Of a stretch of 64,000 nt of DNA, positions 33,101 through 43,635 are shown one piece after another. Position 1 is the stretch's first letter; the number at the start of each line of letters is the position of its first letter. The notes beneath the pieces were generated by a model that was not told the origin of the DNA, searched no databases, and was given only the letters and a program-made list of their open reading frames with translations. The position numbers and the translations under genes were made by a program. Source of the stretch: Cyanophora paradoxa CCMP329 (lineage: Eukaryota; Plantae; Glaucophyta); the NCBI GenBank assembly GCA_004431415.1, contig QPMI01000010.1, forward strand, positions 124,001-188,000, written 5' to 3'.

Positions 33101-36100
33101 TCAGGCAGAAGTTGATAGTTAGATCAAACTTAGGTCTGCTACTAAATGCCCCGCCCGCCCCGCCCCGCCCCGCCCCTTGTTAGATCCAATCTAGGCCGGT
33201 CCGACGACGCCTGACGGCGCTCGCGCGCTCGCGCGCCCCCGCCTGGCCGCGCAGGCCCCGGGCGGGTGCAGGTGACGGACATGGACTCGATCGAGAAGAG
33301 CAACCTCTCGCGCCAGTTCCTCTTCCGCGAGTGGGACATCGGCGTGCGCCCGCGCCCCGCCCCCAGCACCGCCCGCCTTTGCGCCTCTAGGCTGGCGCCC
33401 CTCCGTCTATCCTGTAGAAGAAGGCTTTGGGCGTCTAGCGTTGAGCCTCGCTTCCTCCCCGCCCGCAGAAGATGAAGTCGTCGACGGCGGCGGAGGCGGC
33501 GCAGAAGATGAACCCCCGCATGCGCATCCAGGCCTACACGGTCCGCTCCCAGCCCAGCTCTAGCCTAGTACAGCTTGGCTTGGGTCTCCCCCGCCCCAGC
33601 AGGATAGGCCTTGCTTGGATAGGATGGCTTAGCTTGCCTGGCTTAGCTTGGATAGGCCTACACGGTCCGCGCCGCCCAGCAGCTCCCGGCTCAGATTGGA
33701 TCTCCTCGCTTAGCGCCGCCTCCTCTCCTAGATGGCCAGCTTAGCTCCCAGGCCTTCACGGTCCTCACCGCCCAGCATCTAGCCTAGTACAGCTTGGCTC
33801 GCTTGGCTCTCCTCGCTTGGCTCACCTCCCTCGCGGGCCGCAGGTGCGGGTGGCGCCGGAGACGGAGGAGGTGTACGACGACGACTTCTTCGAGGCCCTC
33901 GACGGCGTCGCCAACGCCCTCGACAACGTCCAGGCGAGCGAGGCCGCCCCGGAGTCCAGCGATAGAACGCCGATAGAGCGCAGAGATAGCCGGGGGCTTA
34001 GAGCGTGGCCACCACTTGAGCTTAGAGCCGGGGACTTAGAGCGTCGCCAGCGCCCTCGACAACGTCCAGGCGAGCGAGCGAGCACGAGCGAGGCCGCCCC
34101 GAGGTCTTAGAGATAGCCGCCTTAGAGCGTAGAGCTTCGCAGCCTTCGATAGAGCGATAGAGCGCTGGACAGTAGAGCGCGGGACTCGCGATGGCGGCGG
34201 CCCGCCTCTCTCTCCGATCCCACTGACGCCGCCCTCCCCTCCCCTGCAGGCGCGGCTGTACGTCGACCGTCGCTGCGTCTACTACCGCAAGCCCCTCCTC
34301 GAGTCCGGCACCCTCGGCACCAAGGGCTCCACCCAGGCCCGTCTAAGCCGTCCGAGCCTTCCTTCTGAGCCTTCCTTGCCGTCTGAGCGGCCCGGGCAGG
34401 TGGTGGTCCCGGGGATGACGGAGAACTACGGCGCCTCGCACGACCCGCCGGAGAAGCAGATCCCCATCTGCACCCTCAAGGTGAGAGGGGCGGGCTCCTA
34501 GAAGAAGCCTTCGTATTATGTAATTAGCTCGCGTTGGGGTCTGGTCCGCTCCAGTTTAGGTCGTTTAGTTCGGTTTAGGGAACCCTGGAGAGGGTTTGTT
34601 TGTTTGGGGGCTTCGGTTTGGCGTGGGCTGACCTTGATCGCAGAACTTCCCGTACGCGATCGAGCACACCATCCAGTGGGCCCGCGACCAGTTCGAGGGC
34701 CTCTTCAAGCAGGCGCGTCGTAGTCATAGTCGACTCCCTCTTCGATTCGATCCGATCCGAGCCCGTACTCCGCCCGCAGGGCGCCGACGAGACGAATTCG
34801 TACCTCAACGGCCCGGACGCTTTCCTCGCGGTACCCCCGCCTTGACCCGCCCCCGTCCGTACCCCCCGATGACAAGAACGCCGTACCCCGCAGGCCCTTG
34901 AGAAGCGCAACGCGTCGGAGAAGGTCGCGACGATCGAGGTCGGGACCCGTACCCCTCCTGGCGCCTTCGCCCCCGTCCTGACCCTGTACCCCCCTTCTCC
35001 AGGTGCTGCGCCAGTGCCTCCTGAAGTCGAAGCCCTCGACCTTCGAGGACTGCATCGTCTGGGCGCGCCTCAAGGTGCCCCGTACCCCGTCATCGAAACC
35101 GTCATCGTACCCCCCGCCGATCCCCCCCCCCCCTCCGCCCCGCCCTCAGTTCGAGGAGCTCTACGACAATATGATCCGGCAGCTCCTCTACTCCCTCCCC
35201 CTCGACATGATCACCTCCTCCGGCGGTGCGGTACCCCCCCCTCTCTCTTTGAAGTACCCCCCGCTGATCTCCTTTTGCAGTGCCCTTCTGGTCCGGCCCC
35301 AAGCGGCCGCCCGCGCCGGTGCCCTTCAGCGCCGACGACCCCGGTAACCCCCCCCCCTTATCCCCTGTACCCCCGCACGTTTTGAACGCGGTACCCCCAG
35401 TGCACCTGGACTTCGTCGTCGCGGCCGCGAACCTGCACGCCTTCAACTACGGCATCCCCCAGAGCCGCGACCGCAACTACATCCGCACCCAGGCGCGCCC
35501 GCGTACCCGTCATCGCCCCCGTCCCCACCTGACCTGAGCGAGCGGGCGCAGGCGTTGGGAGTCATGGTTCCGGAGTTTACGCCTCAGGCCGGCGTGAAGG
35601 TGGCGACGACGGACGCGGAGGCGCAGGCGGCGGGCGGGGCCGGCTCGAGCGGCGGCGGCGCCGGCTCGGACGCGGACGAGGGCCGCGTGAAGGCGCTCGT
35701 CGCGGAGCTGCCGCAGCCGGCCGCGCTCGGCTCCTTCCGCATGGTCCCCGCCGAGTTCGAGAAGGTGAGAGAGAAACGCCACAAGCTTGGAGAACCCTGA
35801 AGAAGAAGAGCGGAGAAGCGAAGCGGTCCGATCCAGTCTGACGCAATCTATCGGCAGGACGACGACGAGAACTTCCACATCGACTTCATCGTCGCCTGCT
35901 CGAACCTGCGCGCCCGCAACTACAAGATCACCGAGGCCGACCGCCTCAAGACCAAGGGCATCGGTGCGCAGCGCGCGCGCGCTCGCCCCGGCCCTCCCCC
36001 TCGCACTCCCTAGCGCTCCCTGGCACTCCCTAGCGCCCCCAAGCACCCCCTATCACTCCCTGGCGTTCCCGGCCGCCGCTCACGCCCGCGCCCGCAGCGG

Positions 36101-37423
36101 GGAAGATCATCCCGGCGATCGCGACGACGACCGCCGTCGTCTCGGGCCTCGTCTGCCTCGAGCTCTACAAGGCGAGCCCGGGGCCCTCCTTCCCCCCCCC
36201 CCCCCTCCCCTTCATCCCGCTCCGCTCGGCTTGGCTTGCCTTAAGCTTAGCTCTACAAGGCGAGCCCGGGGCCCCGGGGCTAGAAGCTAGGGGGCCTAGA
36301 AACTAGAAGGTAGAGGGCTTAGCTTAGCTCTACAAGGCGAGCCCGGGGCCCTCCCGCCCCCCCCCCCCCCCCCCCCCCCCCCAGGAGCCAGCCCGACGAG
36401 ACCCGTTCTAGAATCCAAACAAGAGCCCGGGCCCTCCCCCCGCTTAGCGTACCTTGCGCGGCTCCTGCGTCGCCCAAGATCCCCTCGGCTGATTTCTCCG
36501 CGACTAATTTCTTGTCTTGTCGCCTCCGGCGCGCAGCTCATCCAGGCGGGCAAGAAGCTGGACCAGTTCAAGAACGGCTTCGCGAACCTCGCGCTCCCCT
36601 TCTTCGGCTTCTCGGACCCCATCGCCTGCGCCAAGGTCAGGAGAGGCCCCGGGGGGTACAGCCTAGAAGCCGCCTTGAGTTCCCTCCCTCCAGAGCTCCA
36701 GGGGCACTCTTAGTCCGAAGGCCCTTAGCTAAGGACCGGTTTAGGCCCCTCGTCCGTGGCGTTTCGTGCCTCTCGTCCCCTTAGAAATGGGCTCCAGAGC
36801 TCCCCCCGCCGCCTGCTTCCTGCCCCCCTTCCCCATCTGAGCCCCCTCGCGCGCAGAACAAGATGGGCAGCCGTGCGGAGACGTGGACTCTCTGGGACCG
36901 CTTCGACATCGACGAGGGCCGCGACATCACCCTCGGCGAGCTCCTCGAGTTCTTCAGGGTACCCCCCCACCCACCCATTCCCCCCCCCCCTTCCCTCATC
37001 TGAGGCGCCGTCTCCCCCCCCCCGTGCAGAACAAGCACCAGCTGGACGTCTCCATGATCTCGTGCGGGACGACGCTCCTGTACTCCAACTTCTCCGCGGC
37101 CGCCAAGCAGCGCCTGCCCATGAAGTGAATAATAATCCATTCATTCCAGATCCGATCCCTCTTTTCCTGTCCTGAGCCCGTACCCCTCTCTTCTCCTCCT
37201 CGCAGGCTGAAGGACATCGTGGAGCAGCTCTCCAAGACGCCCGTCCGCCCCAAGCAGCGCCACTTCGTCTTCGAGGCGCGTACCCCCTCCCCTCTTTTTT
37301 TCTCGTCCCGGTTCGTTGTACCCCCTGACGCGGGCGCGACTTCGTGCGCAGGTGTGCTGCTCGGACGTGAACACGGACGAGGACGTGGAGGTGCCGTACG
37401 TCCGGTACAAGTTCGCGCACTAG
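30131..37423 (+). CDS. UBA1: Ubiquitin-activating enzyme E1, with 34 introns downstream of Met 30374 and alternative upstream exons
   Basis: [55 protein letters not shown], active site [44 protein letters not shown] and DVEVPYVRY. Every exon can be spliced in frame. Stop TAG at 37421-37423. Confidence 0.98.
32476..32579 (+). ncRNA. Putative intronic C/D-box snoRNA guiding U6 snRNA methylation, copy 1
   Basis: Terminal stem GCGCG/CGCGC, C-like box AGTGACGA (32481-88), D-like box CCGA (32571-74), internal CTGA. CATCCTTGCGC (32493-32503) is the exact complement of conserved U6 GCGCAAGGAUG. CAGGG at 32556. Confidence 0.65.
32672..32775 (+). ncRNA. Putative intronic C/D-box snoRNA guiding U6, copy 2
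   Basis: Direct repeat of copy 1 at +196 nt, identical except that the D box is CAGA rather than CCGA. The copies are separated by a C-rich spacer. Confidence 0.6.
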
Positions 37424-38565
37424 AGCCTCGCCCTGTGTTCGTGGACCTGTACCCCTGCAGCCGTCCGTCGGGGCTGTCTTTGCTTTGCGCCCCGGCCTGT
37501 TCCCTGCATCGAGTAAATGAATGGATGGATTCCCCGCCTCGGCCGATCGGCGATCGCCATGGCAAAGCGCACGGGCTCCGGATCTAGTTTGATCAGAACC
37601 GTATTCGAATTCACACCCGTGTTCCCTCGCACCCCTTATTCCCTCACGCTCAAGTATCGAAGTATGCCGTTTTCACTAAGTATCTTATCTGCTGTCTTCG
37701 CCCCGATCGCGTGGCTCAGGCCCGGCCTACATAGCTAGGGCCCCCGAGCCCCGGGCCCCCTCTTGCAATTGCTATCGATCAGGGCCCTCGTGAGCCCGGC
37801 CCCTTCGAATTCACTGCGGAGCTCGAGTTGACTGAAATCAAACTTGAGAATCATAATCAATTGCAAGCACCGAGTAATGTACACGGAGCCGCTGAGCCAA
37901 ACCCCTTCGAATTCGAGGCGAATAGGAAAAAAGTACTGCACTGTGCTGCGAGAATAACTTAGAACTAGTCACTGAATGCAAGCAAACGATCAGATCATCG
38001 GATATCGATACACTACTACGGTACAATAATACTCAGTACTATCGATGGAAGGCAAATGAATTCCGAAGTACAGGATGCCACTGCTTCATGCATCGTGTCA
38101 TCATGTGCATCGTGGCATCTAAATCTGCTTGCGCTAATCTCACTGAGTCAAGGCCGTCACGGCGTGCTGCATGCGAAACGAGAGCTAGCTACGGGCTGGG
38201 GCCCTGGGAGCCGCCGGGCCGAAGCAAATTGCTAGCGAGCTACGCGTACTACTCCGCGATTATCGTGAGAAGACCGCTAAGCTCTATCATAGGATGCAAG
38301 TAGATACGCTTGAAATCGCTGATTATTATAAATAGTATTGCTACGTTATGGAATGAACACCGAGGGGTGCTTGAAATGAGAGAAACGATCAGAAGCTCCT
38401 GCAAAGATAAGCACTTACGAGGACACTTAGAAGACGGGATTAGTATACAGCACTAGCATATGTATAATTCAGTATAATTCGAGAAAGCTAAGGAGAAAAA
38501 GCTAATGAGAGGCCGCCGGCGCCGTGGGATCCGACGCCTAAGGAGGCGGCGGAGCGGAGCAGATT

Positions 38566-39777
38566 TTAGCACTCTGCGGTCAGAGCCCCGCGCGCCCGCC
38601 CCTCGTCGATCAAGCGCCGGTCCAGCTTCTGGGTCTGCCGATCGCGAGCCGTGCCGGTCAGCGGGAGCGAGGGAGGAGAGGGAGGGGCCGGGGTGGGGAG
38701 GGGTGGAGGGAAGAAGGAGGGGGGTACGCACGTCCTCGACCTTCTCCAGGTACGACTTAAGGGCGAACTGAGGGTACAAGGTCAAGCGGGGTAGGGCCAA
38801 CGTAAAACAGAGAAAGGGGGTTCAAGATCAAGGGGGGCAAGGGGGGGGGGGGGGGGGGGGGGGGGCGGTCGGAGAGCTTCGGAGGGGGTACGAGGTCTAG
38901 GGTAAGGCTTCCGGGAGAAGCTCGGAGGAAAAGGCTATGGGGGAGGACGGGGACAGATTTAGAGGCCTAGGGGTACGCTTGATCAAGGTTAGGAGGGCAG
39001 GGGCGGCCGGCGGCCGGGAACGGATCGAGGCGGGGGAAAGAGAACGCTCAGCTGAACGCCCGGTGGAACGCTCACCTTCTCGACGAGGGCGTCGATCGGG
39101 GCGGGGACCCCGTGCACCTCGATCTCGCAGCGCTGCACGAGCCACGTCCAGTCGCGGCGCAGCGGGTGCCGCGTCCACACGCACTCGTCAGTCACCCGGA
39201 AGTGCGCTGCGGAAAACGAAGCGAGGCGAGGCGAAGAGCAGCGTCAGAAAGCTTCGAATTCGAGAGACGCAAGGAGCGGGTGGCGACGGCGACGGCGCGT
39301 GCGCACAGGACAGGGAGGCGTTGGTGGAGCGCGCGGTCATGAAATGGGCCGCGCGGTCCAGCTCCACCTTCACGTGGATCACCAGCGCCGAGGCGCCGAG
39401 GAGCTCCTTTACGAAATCCGGCGCGTCGATGTCGATGTAAATCTGCGGTGGGCCAGGGCCGCACGGGTCAGGACGTCGGCCGGCGACGAACGTGAACCGC
39501 AAGCACGGATCAAATGTGCGCACGAGCTTCTCGTGCTTCTCCCGTCCGCTGTCGTCGACTTGCTCGAGGATAGATTCTACTTTAAGAACGTAGGGGACTG
39601 TGCGGAGGGGCGGCGGGCGGCACGACCACGGGAGATCAGCATGCAGCCGCGGGAGCGAATGCGGCGGGCAGGCGGCGCACGGAGCTCGTGATTTGACAAG
39701 CTCAAGCGCCGGAGGAAGGCATCGACGACGAGGTCCCAGCCCGCCTCATGGCAGTGATCCACCGTGTGGCCGATCAT
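38566..39777 (-). CDS. PRELI/MSF1-domain lipid-transfer protein
   Basis: HTVDHCHEAGWDLVVDAFLRR, IYIDIDAPDFVKELLG, VELDRAAHFMTARSTNAS, VTDECVWTRHPLRRDWTWLVQRCEI and IDALVEKFALKSY follow the PRELI/MSF1 pattern. Stop TAA at 38566-68. Confidence 0.75.
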
Positions 39778-40468
39778 TGCCGGGCCGACTCGTGCCGGCG
39801 GTGAGGGCGGCTCGGGCCGCGCTCAACCTCGGCGTGTTATCGTAAATCTGAATCGGGCCGGGAGAAGTCGGGACTCCAGAGAGAGCGCCCGCGCCGGTCG
39901 AAGCCGATGCGTGGAGCGCACGTGATGCCCCGCTGATGCGCGCCGCCCGCCCACTGTTGCGTTTGCTGCTCGGCTGATGATGCGCTGTGCGCCGCCGTGC
40001 TGGTCGACGGGCGGTTCGACGGCAAACAGGCTGGCGGCTAACGCGCGCTTCGAATTCCCGGTACCGGTCCCGGCCACTACTTGGGATCCGGATCCGCAGG
40101 TGCGGTGCAGAGCTGCAAGCTCGCTTCTGCCGCGAGTGTGCACGCGTGTACGGGAAGCCGATGCTCCCTGCTCAGCGCACCGCGCTGCCAATGCTGGTGT
40201 TAACCTCCGCAATTTGCGGTAGCCCATAATTTGGTCTACAGCTGCAGCCTACAGGCTACGGCACTGCCCCTGCCTGCACCACCACCGCGGCCAGCGCCCC
40301 TTCAGCACAAGATCAGCATCGTGGAAGCATAAACAGCTGAAACACACCGCGCCTCCGCGCCCGGTGCTCGCGATCGCTGGTGCGCGTGCGCGTGCATCGC
40401 GATTACAGCGCAGGGGAGGGAGGGCGGCCCTAGGCCTGGGCGGGCCGCGGTGTACGCTACTGCCGCTG

Positions 40469-42599
40469 CTACCTCCGCGTGCCCTTGCCCTTCGAGGCGG
40501 TGGTACGCCGCGCCGTGGCGCTCGCGGCGTTCGTGGCCGTCCCGAAGAGCCCGGGCGAGCCGGCCGCCGGGGTACCGAACGCGGGCGTCGAGGCCGCCCC
40601 GAACAGACCGCCCGTGGTCGAGGCGGGGGTACCGAAAGCCGGCGTCGAGGAGCCGAAGAGGCCCCCCGTGGCGGGCGGCGTCGACGCGGTACCCGTGGCG
40701 CCTCCGAAGAGGGAGGGGGTCGTGGAGCCGGCGGGGGTGCCGAAAAGGCCGCCGGTAGTGGTAGTCGGGGCGGGGGTAGAGGGGGTGGAGAGGCCGAAGA
40801 ACGATCCCGTGGGGGCGGGGGTGGTCGAGGTACCCCCCAGGGAGAAGGGGCTGGATGTGGGGGCTCCGAAGGGGCTGGCGGCGGGGGCGGCGGGGGTGGC
40901 GGCCGGCGGGTTCGCGCCGGGGAGGAGGGCCGCCGGCTGCGACGACCCGAAGCCTGCGCCGAAAGTCTGAGCGGGGCGTGGAGAGGTGCGGGAGGGTACA
41001 GCCGCACCGATGTAGAGGGGCTTCTTCGCAACAGCGGAGGGTAGGGGCGCGTCGAAGGGGTTCGGGGCGTCTGTACCCGCCAGCGCCATGTTCCGAAGGT
41101 ACCCCTCCTTCAGATCCTGTACCCGGTCGTGCACCTGGGCGACCTGGGGGCGGGGGAAGGGGCTCGGGCGGGGCAGGGGGCGGCGCGGGACGGGGGGGTG
41201 GAGGGCGTGGGGGGTACCTGAGCGGCAACCTTCACGAAGAGCTCGTGCTGGTTCTTCATGATGAGCTTGAGCGCTGCGCCGCGCGGCAGCGTCGGGCTCG
41301 CGCGCGAGGACGGCACGAAGCAAAGGCGGCGGGCGGCGGCGGCGGGCGGGCGGGCGGACCGTGGGGCGAGTGCGCGTGTCCTCCCGCCTTCGACGCGGCG
41401 ACGTGCCGCTCGAGCTCCTCTATTTGGAGGCGGATGAGCCGCATTCGCTCCCTGAAGCTCGCCTCCATCTCCCAGTAGTACCTGGCGCGACCGCGCGCGC
41501 CCGGTCGGTGCGCTGCGGGCGGCGGCGCCGGCGGCGGCAGCGGAGCAGGAGCAAGAGGAGGACGGGAGCGGATGCGCACTTGGATGGGAGGTACATGGGA
41601 GGTGCGGCGTAGGCGGCGGGGTTGGACTTGGCGTGGACGGTGCGGGCGGCCGTGTCGGCGTGGTCGATCACGCGGCGCGCTTCCTGCTTCAAGTCCAACA
41701 CAATCTTTCGCTCTCGTTCGATCCAGTTAAGCGCCGCACTCGCCGCCTGCAGGCGGCCTTCAGCGGCCGCGGCGGCGCCGCGGGGCGGGCGGCCGGGCGG
41801 GCGCTGGCCTGCGACAAGCTCTCGACCTGCTGCTTGATCTTGCTCAGCTCTTCGTTCTGTTTCTTCTCGCCCAGCTCCACGATAATCTGCTTCTGCTGTT
41901 TCCGGAAGGTCCTGAACAAGCGCGCGTCAGGCTAGGGCCCGAGCGGAGAAAGGAACGGGTGGCGCACTCAAACTCCTCGAGCTGCTTCTTGTAGTTCTCC
42001 GGCAGGTCCTGGGGAGAGCCGCGCGCTCAAGATACCTGCAGGGCGCGCGAGGCAAAAGGAGAGGCGCACGGCGAAGCGCATGGGGCCCCAGTTGACGGGC
42101 GCCGGCGCGGGGGCTGGCTGGCCCAGCTGCTGCTGCTGCTGCCCGAACAAGCCGAAGGAAGAGCCGCCCCCGAATGGGTTCGAAGTGTTCGCAGCGGTAG
42201 CGGCGGGCGTGGAGAATGAGAAAGTGGAAGTGGAAGGCGCCGCTGCTGGTGCCGCGGTGCCGAAGCTGAACGAGGACGTCGTGGTTGCGGGCTGCTGCGT
42301 TGCAGGGGTTGAGGAGAAGGAAAACGAAGGGGTGGATGTGGTCGTTGCAGCCGCGGGCGCCGACGAGGTGCCGCCGAAACTGAACGAGGACGTGGCTGTC
42401 GCCGCGGGCGCTGCAGGCGTCGAAGTTCCGAAGCTAAAGGAGCTCGCTGGCTGCGCCGGTGCCGGCGTGCTCGTTCCGAAGCTAAAGGAGGGGGTGCTCG
42501 CGGGCTGGCTCGCGGCCGGCGCGGCCGTGCCGAAGCTGCAGCGGCGCGGTTAGCATGCTTGAGGCGTTCTCTGCGCGAGCGGGCGCCGCACCTGAACAT
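40469..42599 (-). CDS. NUP58: Nucleoporin p58/p45 (FG repeats at both ends, central coiled coil)
   Basis: 8-nt first exon (ATG TTC AG), FSFG repeats, coiled-coil core with YLPSKYYWEMEASFRERMRLIRLQIEELERHV, IMKNQHELFVKVAAQVAQVHDRVQDLKEGYL and NPFD, then C-terminal GLFG repeats. Confidence 0.85.
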
Positions 42600-42728
42600 C
42601 GCGCGATCGACCGCTGCACCTCGCCCCCGAACGCGTACCCCGCAAACGGCGGGAACTCGCCGGGAAGTCAAAAACGTGGCTTGCGAGCGGGCGGCGGCAC
42701 CGGGAACGTCGAGACGCAGTAGCTGCAG
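42600..42728. promoter_or_regulatory. Putative bidirectional promoter (NUP58 / POLE3)
   Basis: 129 bp between divergent ATGs. Contains GGCGGGAA, which resembles an E2F site. Confidence 0.45.
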
Positions 42729-43488
42729 ATGGCCGACGACGAGGAGGAGCTGAAGCCGAAGGCGACAGGGAGCGCGCCAGACATCTCGGAGTATGAGCTG
42801 CCAAAGAGCGTGATCCTGCGCCTCATCAAGGACGCTACCGATGGGGATGTCAATGTGCGCTTCGCGCTGCGGCGCAAGTACTGGTCGCTGACCTCGCATC
42901 GCGCAGGTGGCCAAGGACGCCAAGTCGGCCTTCGCGAGGGCATGTAGGTGAGGCTGCGGCGAGCGCTGGCTATCTGTTAGCTGCGCAATGATCGCTGACG
43001 CGCCCCGCCCGCAGCGTCTTCATCCTGTACCTCACAGCAACGTCCGCGCCCCTGTGCAGCGAAGCCATCCGCTCCGCTTGCGCCGACGGCGCTTGTCTCG
43101 CAGAGCAAACGACATAGCAAAGGAGCGGGGCAAGAACCAGCTCTCGGCAGACCACGTCCTGGCGGCGCTGGACGAGCTAAACTTCCCCGACCTGCGGGAG
43201 CAGCTCAAGAGCTTCCTCGACAGTGCGCGCGCGCGCGCGCTGCGAATCCGCCGCCGATCTCGGAGCTCAGGCGCCGCCCCGCGCGCAGCGTTCCGGGAAG
43301 AGCAATCCGCGAAGAAGAAGGCAGCGAAGGAGCGGAAGCAGCAGGAGAAGGCCGCGGCGGGCGGCGGCGAGGAAAAGGCGGCGGAGGCCGAGGGCGAGGG
43401 CGGCGAGGGCGGCGAGGAGGACGGCGACGGCGACGCGGAGGCCGAGCATGCCTCGGGGGCGGAGGGAGGCGACGCGGACGACTCGTAG
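42729..43488 (+). CDS. POLE3: Histone-fold protein DNA polymerase epsilon subunit 3 / CHRAC17 / DPB4
   Basis: YELPKSVILRLIKDATDGDVNVAKDAKSAFARACSVFILYLTATANDIAKERGKNQLSADHVLAALDELNF, followed by a basic then acidic tail. Confidence 0.88.
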
Positions 43489-43635
43489 ATGGGGGTACAG
43501 CGACCGAGTCGACGTCGACACCGCACGCGAACCGATCACTGTTATGTATAGTAGGACAATAGCAACTACACCCCCTTCGCATAACGCTGACTAGACTAGG
43601 ATACATGCGCGTGCGCCTGCGTGTGGGGCGCGCCC

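Noticed and set aside
34574-34580. TTTAGGG telomere-like word in a UBA1 intron
   Set aside because: Single copy, not tandem.
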